Shown: piece by piece, positions 57,459 to 64,000 of the stretch
How the letters are laid out: every line of letters begins with the position of its first letter
Numbering within the stretch: position 1 is the first letter of the stretch
Assembly: GCA_965261545.1 (NCBI GenBank)
Contig: CBDHDF010000007.1
Coordinates: forward strand, 320,001 to 384,000
Direction: 5' to 3'
Length of the DNA: 64,000 bases
Source of the DNA: Bdellovibrionales bacterium
Lineage (GTDB): Bacteria; Bdellovibrionota; Bdellovibrionia; Bdellovibrionales; UBA1609
Program-made: the position numbers and the translations under genes
The notes under the pieces: model-generated
What the model was told of the DNA's origin: nothing
Database searches by the model: none
Seen by the model: the letters and a program-made list of their open reading frames with translations, nothing else

Positions 57459-59357
57459 CCTGAAATCCCTAAAAGTTGTAACTAGGTTTAATGTATTGCG
57501 TTAACTTTCCTCTCTTCCTATGGAATTGGCTGCTGTCAACGGTTTGAGAGGTTTAATAGTATTAATATATTTAATATGATTCATAAGAATTTGCTGCGAA
57601 AGGTCCTCTTCGTCCCCATTGGATAGATGAGGCATAGTGGTAGCCACAGCCACCGTCACATTTGAAACAGATAAAAAACATCATTTTGTCTTGGGAAGCC
57701 CATCTATTTGGAAGGCTGAAAAAATATCCTTTTGTTTTTTAGACAGCTCTCCAAGCATCAGATCACCTGTAGCTAATTCATAAAATTTTAATCGGTCCAT
57801 CATTTTGTAAATTTCTATTTTAGACATTTTTTTATATAACTTCTTATCTTTCATAACAGTATCAATATGTGAAATTAAAATTAAAGAGAGAAAATTAATA
57901 AAGATGCTTCCCCTCATATTCATGAGAGAATGAACTCGACTTCTCCTTCCATTAATATCATGCTTGAATGAGAAAAATACTTTCTCAATGATATCTTTGT
58001 TTCGATATAAACTCAATATATTTGTTTTCTTTAAATCATGACTATTTGTAATTAATATCATAATACCCAGCGTAGAAGATTCTTCATTAATATTTTCTTC
58101 ATTTAAAGAAATCTTAAATGGAGTGCAATCAGAGATATTGAGAAACCTTTTTTTATTTCCTAAAGTTTCTTTCATATAGGAACTAGCTTGTTCTTCTGAT
58201 TTCAAATCTTTCTCAAGAAAGAGTTTCATAAAATCAAGCAACTCTTTCATTAACACAGATTCCTCATAAACCCTTCTTTCTTTGTCTAAGAAAATATGAG
58301 CCGTACAATCAAATCCTCCGATTTTTATTGATTCTTTGCAATGCGAATAAATTTCCTCATTAAAAGTAAAAGAGCATGATGGAGATTTTATTTTCTCATT
58401 TAAAGCCACAGCAAGCTCTCTTGAGAGTTTTGTTCTAAAACTCATGGGTATCAAATACTTCAATTCCTTACGATGCAGTCCCTTAATATTTTCTACACTA
58501 GAAAAACCCTTATCCATAACTAAACAATCTAAATCTAATTTATAACTTGTTATGATCTCAATAATATTCGATAAAGTTTTGACATCCGGTATACTTCCAG
58601 GATAGATTCTGTACGCTATAGGCGTATGAGTTTTATTGTCTTCAGATTTCCTACTTATCAGACCTAAGTTTATTTGTTCGAGATTCTCTCCATCTCTGTT
58701 GTAACCTTTCTCTAAAAATTCATTATTCATAGAGTAGGAAGAAAAGGATGTGATGTCAAACATTACCGTACCAGAACCCTTCACTTGATTTATCCATTCG
58801 CTAAAGAAAGATTCTATCTTTTTTTGATCTCTCCCAAGATCACATAAGAGATTGCTTATTTTTTGTGACGACATAAAATTTTTCTTTGAAACATAAGCTT
58901 CTTGACACCACATATCGTAAAGATAAAAGGGCTCTCTTTTGATTATTTTAAAAAAAGCTAAATGCAAATAATGTTCGTAATTATCTGGATAAATTTTAGA
59001 CAATGTTTTTAGAAGATTTAGTTGTTCGCATATTTTCTCTAAGAAAAATAAGGCTCCCACATTATAGGAGCCTATGGGAATCTTTTTTCTTTTGGTCTTA
59101 ATTTGACCTGTAAACTCATCCTTTCTTCCAAGGTAGATGCGTTTTTGCCTGGCCTGCTTTTTTTCCTTGTCCCAAAAGCTTTCAACTTTATAGACATAGG
59201 TTTTTCCCTTATTTTTTTGCTCAAAAGTGTATGACATCGTTAATATTGTAACTATGCTTTTGAAGAGATGACAATCTCTTAATCAAAGTGAAGGCCTTCT
59301 CAGACAATAATCAGGACTTAAGTCCTACACCTAGTTACAACTTTTAGGGATTTCAGG
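57459..59357 (-). mobile_element. IS1634-family element F (1899 bp), nested in the related element E
   Basis: Perfect 28-bp TIR CCTGAAATCCCTAAAAGTTGTAACTAGG; 6-bp TSD TAGCTC. Confidence 0.9.
57681..59237 (-). CDS. IS1634-family transposase
   Basis: YVY..ESFWDKEKKQARQKR.YLG, FDITSFSSYS, GYNRDGE.L.QINL, PGSIPDV, MDKGF, YRNKDIIEKVF. Confidence 0.88.
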   Translation of the reverse strand: MSYTFEQKNKGKTYVYKVESFWDKEKKQARQKRIYLGRKDEFTGQIKTKRKKIPIGSYNVGALFFLEKICEQLNLLKTLSKIYPDNYEHYLHLAFFKIIKREPFYLYDMWCQEAYVSKKNFMSSQKISNLLCDLGRDQKKIESFFSEWINQVKGSGTVMFDITSFSSYSMNNEFLEKGYNRDGENLEQINLGLISRKSEDNKTHTPIAYRIYPGSIPDVKTLSNIIEIITSYKLDLDCLVMDKGFSSVENIKGLHRKELKYLIPMSFRTKLSRELAVALNEKIKSPSCSFTFNEEIYSHCKESIKIGGFDCTAHIFLDKERRVYEESVLMKELLDFMKLFLEKDLKSEEQASSYMKETLGNKKRFLNISDCTPFKISLNEENINEESSTLGIMILITNSHDLKKTNILSLYRNKDIIEKVFFSFKHDINGRRSRVHSLMNMRGSIFINFLSLILISHIDTVMKDKKLYKKMSKIEIYKMMDRLKFYELATGDLMLGELSKKQKDIFSAFQIDGLPKTK

Positions 59358-59363
59358 TAGCTC

Positions 59364-59949
59364 ATACAACTTGAGACGGTCTAATATCTTATAAAGTTCG
59401 GCTTTTGTCATTTTTTTGTATAGCTCATTTTTCTTCATCACATGATCAACCCATGTAATCAAAATTAAAGAGATAAAATTAATGAAAATACTTCCTCTCA
59501 TTGCGATCAACGAATGTGTCCTATTTCTTTTCTCATCTATGTCATGCTTAAAAGCACGAAAAACCTTTTCTACACAATCTTTTCTTCTATATAATCTTAA
59601 AATTTCATCCCGATCCATTTGAATGTTATTAGTGATGAGAATCAAGCAGCCCATCTTTATCATCTCATCTCGAAAAACATTGAGGTTTCTCTCAATTACA
59701 AATTTATTCTCGGATTCTTCAATGAAAAAAAAATTTTTCTTAGTTTTTAATGTCTCTTTCAAATAAAGAGATGCATCATCCTTACTTGAAAAATTTTTTT
59801 CTAAAAAAAGATTTTCTAAATCTGATATCTTTCTTATAAAAATAGACTCCTGATCAGACCGCCTCTTACCTTCTAAAAAAACATGAGCCATACAACTTTC
59901 ACTTCCAATTTCTATTTCTTTCTTAGAGTAGGAGTATACTTGCTCATAG
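59364..59949 (-). pseudogene. IS1634 element E transposase, central/C-terminal fragment
   Basis: LYRRKDCVEKVF, RGSIFINFISLI; homologous to 57681..59237. Confidence 0.82.
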
Positions 59950-60068
59950 CCCCGATGGGCGGATCAAAACCATCCATTTGTGGGCTAACAAAACCATCCA
60001 TTTAAAAACTTAATATCTGACAAGGCGTATTATAGAATACTTCCTAGAAAACAACCTGGGAGGGAAGG

Positions 60069-62330
60069 ATGAACGTCTTGAATAAACAAAAACAAGAAGA
60101 GATATTAACATTAATTATAGCAGGTCGCTCCTTTCGTGAAATAGCGAAAAGGCTACATGTCAGTCGATTTACAGTTTCAGAATATGCTAAAGCCCATAGT
60201 GTCATTGCGAAAAAAGGGCGCACAGGAGGTGTGGAGCCAAAGTCTCTACCTTTTTCAGGTCCCCCTGAAGCAGAACCATCATCTTCAGGGTCCCTTGAGG
60301 TTTGCTCTGTAGAGTCTTCAAGTGCTTCTGTAATCCAGATCCAAGAGCCCGATGAAGTTTCGGTTTCCTCTACAGAGGCCAATCAGCGGACACTCCTTGG
60401 GGAATCAGGCCTAACACCAGTAGAATCTCATTCAGCACCCCCTGTGGAGCCATGCTCAACTTCTTTGGCCGTGTCTGATTTGGTTAGCATGGGCCCCAGT
60501 GTTTGCCAAAAGCCCCCATCTCCAACCACCACCATGGTGGAAACGAATTTAGCTGCTCCTACAGAAACTGGATCCACCGACTGTGTAGCTCATTTAATCG
60601 AACGAGACAAGCCAGTTCCACCCTCACCTATGGATACAAAGCAGGCTTTTGCCAATGAAAAGCCACCTACTCTTTCTTCTTCGGAATTAGGTTTTGTTGT
60701 CCCCATGGAAGTAACAAAACCCTTTGAGACAGCACCACCTGAATTGAAAAAGTCTCTTACTGACCAGGCTTCCCCAAAGCACCCTCAACGATCTTCCTAC
60801 CATCAGTCGGCTTGTGAGCCCCACAGGGCTTGGATTGAAAATCAGGCTTTGAACTTAGAGCGCAATCGAATGGCCATCTACCAAGATTTAGTGGAGAAAT
60901 TTGGTTTTTCTCACTCCTACGACAGCGTGAAAAAATTTGTAAGGAAGCTGAAGAAGAGTACTCCCAAACGCTATGATCGCTTGGATTTTCCCCCCGGAGA
61001 GGAAGCCCAAGTGGATTATGGCCAAGGGGCTCTGACTGTTCACCCCCGGACAGGCAAATATAGGCGGCCTCGCCTTTTTGTGATGACCCTCAAGTACTCT
61101 CGTGCCTCTTTTCGCAAGGTTGTTTGGAAGTCCAGCCAAGAGACGTGGAGCAGACTCCATGAGGAGGCTTTTCATTATTTTTTGGGCTGCCCTCAATATG
61201 TCGTCTTAGACAATCTCAAGGAAGGTGTTATTAAGCCAGATATCTATGAGCCAACGCTGAACGCCGTTTATGGCGCTGTACTGACTCACTACGGGGTCGT
61301 TGCTGACCCGGCAAGAGTTCGTGATCCTGATAGGAAAGGAACCGTTGAGCACGCCATTCACCACACCCAAGACACAGCACTGAAGGGTCGTTCATTTAAA
61401 ACCATTGAGGAGCAAAATGAGTGGCTCATGCACTGGGAGCACACTTGGGCTCGCCCTCGGGTCCATGGTCGCACCAAGCGAGTCGTTTCTGAGATGTTTG
61501 AAGAAGAGAGCCCCTTTCTCAAAAAGCTCCCCCAAAAGAAATTTGATTTTTTTAAACAAGAGATACGAACAGTTGCAGACGATGGGCTCATTCAAGTGGG
61601 AAACAGTTACTATTGCGCCTACCCTTCTGATCTAAAGAGCCAAGTCATTGTGCGTATTTATGATAAAGACATAGAGATTATGGACCCTGCTACGATGAGT
61701 GTTATCCGCCGCCACCAAAAAGCCACTCTCCCGGGGAGTCTCTCTTTGCTAGACAAAGATCGTGTTTATAATCCATCTCGCCATGTAGAAAATATTTTAG
61801 CTGATGCGGGTCAGATTGGCCCTCAAACAAAAGCTTTTTGTCAGTCATTACTCAGGGTGGATGAGAGAGTTGGAAACAGGCAGATGCGTGGGGTGGTGTC
61901 CTTGGCTAAAAAATATCACTCTGATCTTATTGAAAAAGCAGCCATTCAGGCTGTGAGCAGAGGGGTCTTATCTCTTAGGGTCTTTAAAAGGCTTGTTGAG
62001 GAACTACAGCCCCCTGTGGATGAGAAAAAGATGGAATCCCACCTCACCCAAGACCACGACATCATTCGAGCACCATCCGAGTATGCCATCTACTGGGATT
62101 TACATGCCAACAACGAAATCTACCACTCACCCTTACACCCTCAGCCTAACACCAACACACACAGAACCAACAAAACTTCCAAGAGACCTTCTCATTGCTC
62201 TTACAGGATGAAAAGGATTTCAAGAAAAGCAAAAAATGTGAGAGACTCCTCAAAGCATCCAAGCTCACGGAAAAGTCCACCCTCACCGGCTTTGATTGGA
62301 ATTTTAACCCAAAAATACCCAAGCCAATGA
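60069..62330 (+). CDS. istA: IS21 transposase IstA with long S/P/T-rich insert; 3' end reads into the istB region
   Basis: N-terminal HTH; PPGEEAQVDYG, LDNLKEGV, RDPDRKGTVE. Confidence 0.85.
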   Translation: MNVLNKQKQEEILTLIIAGRSFREIAKRLHVSRFTVSEYAKAHSVIAKKGRTGGVEPKSLPFSGPPEAEPSSSGSLEVCSVESSSASVIQIQEPDEVSVSSTEANQRTLLGESGLTPVESHSAPPVEPCSTSLAVSDLVSMGPSVCQKPPSPTTTMVETNLAAPTETGSTDCVAHLIERDKPVPPSPMDTKQAFANEKPPTLSSSELGFVVPMEVTKPFETAPPELKKSLTDQASPKHPQRSSYHQSACEPHRAWIENQALNLERNRMAIYQDLVEKFGFSHSYDSVKKFVRKLKKSTPKRYDRLDFPPGEEAQVDYGQGALTVHPRTGKYRRPRLFVMTLKYSRASFRKVVWKSSQETWSRLHEEAFHYFLGCPQYVVLDNLKEGVIKPDIYEPTLNAVYGAVLTHYGVVADPARVRDPDRKGTVEHAIHHTQDTALKGRSFKTIEEQNEWLMHWEHTWARPRVHGRTKRVVSEMFEEESPFLKKLPQKKFDFFKQEIRTVADDGLIQVGNSYYCAYPSDLKSQVIVRIYDKDIEIMDPATMSVIRRHQKATLPGSLSLLDKDRVYNPSRHVENILADAGQIGPQTKAFCQSLLRVDERVGNRQMRGVVSLAKKYHSDLIEKAAIQAVSRGVLSLRVFKRLVEELQPPVDEKKMESHLTQDHDIIRAPSEYAIYWDLHANNEIYHSPLHPQPNTNTHRTNKTSKRPSHCSYRMKRISRKAKNVRDSSKHPSSRKSPPSPALIGILTQKYPSQ

Positions 62331-62836
62331 TCTTGGAATTAATGAACTTGAAGTTCATCAAGCAGGGGGAGGGAGCCTTGCTTATTGGCTCCCCTGGAAC
62401 TGGAAAAAGCCACATTGCAAAAGCTATAGCCACCAAGGTCTGTTCCATATCAAATTACAAGGTTTTGTATCAAGAAGCTCACAAGCTCTTTGAAAATCTC
62501 TTTGAGGCCAGGCAGCTGGGGCGCAGAAAGAGGTTCTACACCCAACTCATCCATGTGGACCTGTTGATCATTGATGATCTTTTTCTTAGAAAGCGCATTC
62601 CGCCAGAGGCTTGCGATGACTTCCAGGAAATCATTCTGGATCGATACTCAGCGAGAAAAAGCACTCTTATTACCTCCAATCGCATTATTGAGGACTGGGG
62701 AAAGTGTTTGGGCGATAATACCGTGGCCTCTGCCATCCTGGATCGCCTTCTCCACTGCAGCCAACTATTAAAATTTGAGGGAAAAAGCTACCGATTGAAG
62801 GAAGCTTCAAACCGACTTGTCAAGATAAAAAATTAA
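62195..62836 (+). CDS. istB: IS21 helper ATPase IstB (N-terminus apparently damaged)
   Basis: FDWNFNPKI, GSPGTGKS (Walker A), LLIIDD, ITSNR, AILDRLLH, GKSYRL. Confidence 0.88.
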   Translation: MLLQDEKDFKKSKKCERLLKASKLTEKSTLTGFDWNFNPKIPKPMILELMNLKFIKQGEGALLIGSPGTGKSHIAKAIATKVCSISNYKVLYQEAHKLFENLFEARQLGRRKRFYTQLIHVDLLIIDDLFLRKRIPPEACDDFQEIILDRYSARKSTLITSNRIIEDWGKCLGDNTVASAILDRLLHCSQLLKFEGKSYRLKEASNRLVKIKN

Positions 62837-63024
62837 ATGTAGGGTGAGCCCATCTTGTCAGATCACCCTAAATGGATGGTTTTGTTAGCCCACAAATGGA
62901 TGGTTTTGTCCGCCCCTCCGGGCTCATAGAAAGCAAATAATGATCCAGGAGATAATAACTTGTCATGCAAGTCAAATAAAATTTCTTTAGATTTCTGAGT
63001 GCTGAAGCTCATAGGAACTATATA

Positions 63025-64000
63025 GTTCCTGTCCAGGGAAGAAAGTTAAGTAGTTTTAAGTATTTACATGCCTTCCCTTTAGATTTTATGCTTTAAAATG
63101 GAGTCCATCAAACATAATCCGTGTAAATTCAGTTACTTACATAAAACGGAAAAATAAAATAAGTTCCCCCCCCTCTCTTGACGAACCTTTCACAGCCCCT
63201 CCCTTTCAGTGACTTATGTGGCTATCAACTGGTTACTTGATATGAGAGGAAGAGTTGGATCAACCTGTGTTTCCACCGTGGTGATTTCAAACCTCCTTCA
63301 GGGAAATAACATTACGTTGCGCATCAACTTCAAAAAATACTTGACGTGTTTTTTCAGAGAAATAATTTTTGATATTTTATTCTTCATTTATTTTTTATGT
63401 AGGTTTTAGGAGGCGTGGGAACCTCTCTATGAGGTAGAATTCTTATCCATGTTCTCCGAGAACCTCTCTGATTTTTTTCTTCTTAAAAGACATCCTTGCT
63501 CACTTTTTTCCCTCAAAAAAACGTATGTTAATATAAAAATTAAAGAGAAACTTTCACCAAAGGGGGGACTATGCGCCATTTGAAGAAGACACAGTTGGGA
63601 CTCTTTTCCCAATATCCTAACCACCAACTCAGTACAGAATTGCAGCAAATTAATAACATCATTGATCGCCATCCAGAGTTTGCCCATATGGTTCATGAAG
63701 ACCTTGTTAAAGAAAAGAAAGATTCTGGTGATATTGGTATGACATCGGAGCAAGTTCTCAAGGTGGCTATTCTTAAATCCATAAGAGGTCTTTCCTATCG
63801 TGCGTTAGCCTTTAATCTTGTCGATTCAGTATCCACCAGAGCTTTTCTGGGCCTTGAATTGGAAGAAAATTACGCTCACTCCACCTTACAGGACTTGATT
63901 GTTCAAATAAGTGAAGAAACTTGGGGAATTATTAGCGCCTCTTTAGTTTCAGATGCAAGAGATCAAAAGATTGAGCCGTGTAAGAAAATGAGATTGGACA
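63025..64000 (+). mobile_element. ISNCY element D, copy 2 (runs off the window, no MITE)
   Basis: Starts GTTCCTGTCCAG after TATATA; matches 50593 onward. Confidence 0.9.
63571..64000 (+). CDS. Element D transposase, 5' partial
   Basis: Same sequence as 51393 onward. Confidence 0.88.
   Translation, partial: MRHLKKTQLGLFSQYPNHQLSTELQQINNIIDRHPEFAHMVHEDLVKEKKDSGDIGMTSEQVLKVAILKSIRGLSYRALAFNLVDSVSTRAFLGLELEENYAHSTLQDLIVQISEETWGIISASLVSDARDQKIEPCKKMRLD

Larger units (their letters stand above)
59950..62922 (+). mobile_element. IS21-family element G with non-canonical CCC...GGG ends
   Basis: ~55-bp imperfect TIRs, each with two CAAAACCATCCATTT boxes; TSD CTCATAG (59943-59949, 62923-62929; possibly 8 bp). 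Confidence 0.88.
57300..63024 (-). mobile_element. IS1634-family element E (host of three nested insertions; continues beyond element D copy 2)
   Basis: End CCTGAATTCTACAAAA at 57300; pieces 57300-57458, 59364-59949, 62930-63024 rejoin in frame (YIVPMSFS..FYEQVYSY..MAHVFL..LYELATGTPILGEVSKKQKDI). Confidence 0.82.

Noticed and set aside
1..64000. CRISPR array, tRNA or rRNA genes
   Set aside because: No regularly spaced identical repeats with unique spacers and no recognisable structural RNA genes; the long repeats are all IS copies

Overview
Bacterial chromosome segment whose gene content (S74-chaperone fibre proteins, orphan tadC-DUF192-FHA/TPR cluster, extended LspA, PBP4) suggests a Bdellovibrionota-like predator; the taxonomy is my inference. 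Bases 1-23.4 kb and 31.7-42.1 kb are host genes: three tandem pilin-tipped S74 fibre genes, kdsA, lipB, hemL, a two-component pair (kinase frameshifted in a C9 run), lspA-HAMP, dacB, tadC, DUF192, three FHA proteins, a PP2C-like protein, a radical SAM enzyme, a metallopeptidase-propeller-Omp85 protein, a giant coiled-coil protein, an LTA-synthase-like sulfatase and lgt. Two insertion-sequence nests make up the rest. (1) 23.4-31.65 kb: one IS66 (8-bp TSD AAATTCTT) whose two terminal inverted repeats were hit by three copies of an IS110 element. The IS110 left end encodes a predicted bridge-type RNA with guides matching the first 11 nt of the IS66 TIR. Each insertion regenerates the TIR, and the IS110 outer end resembles it. 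This is the best candidate for an undescribed system: an RNA-guided IS110 that parasitises or hitchhikes on IS66. (2) 42.1-64 kb: about 13 nested elements (IS3, IS4 types including a DUF4338/DruA-transposase fusion and a SEC-C passenger element, ISNCY/ISDol1-like, IS1634, IS21, a MITE), most with resolvable TIRs and TSDs. No rRNA, tRNA or CRISPR array was seen.
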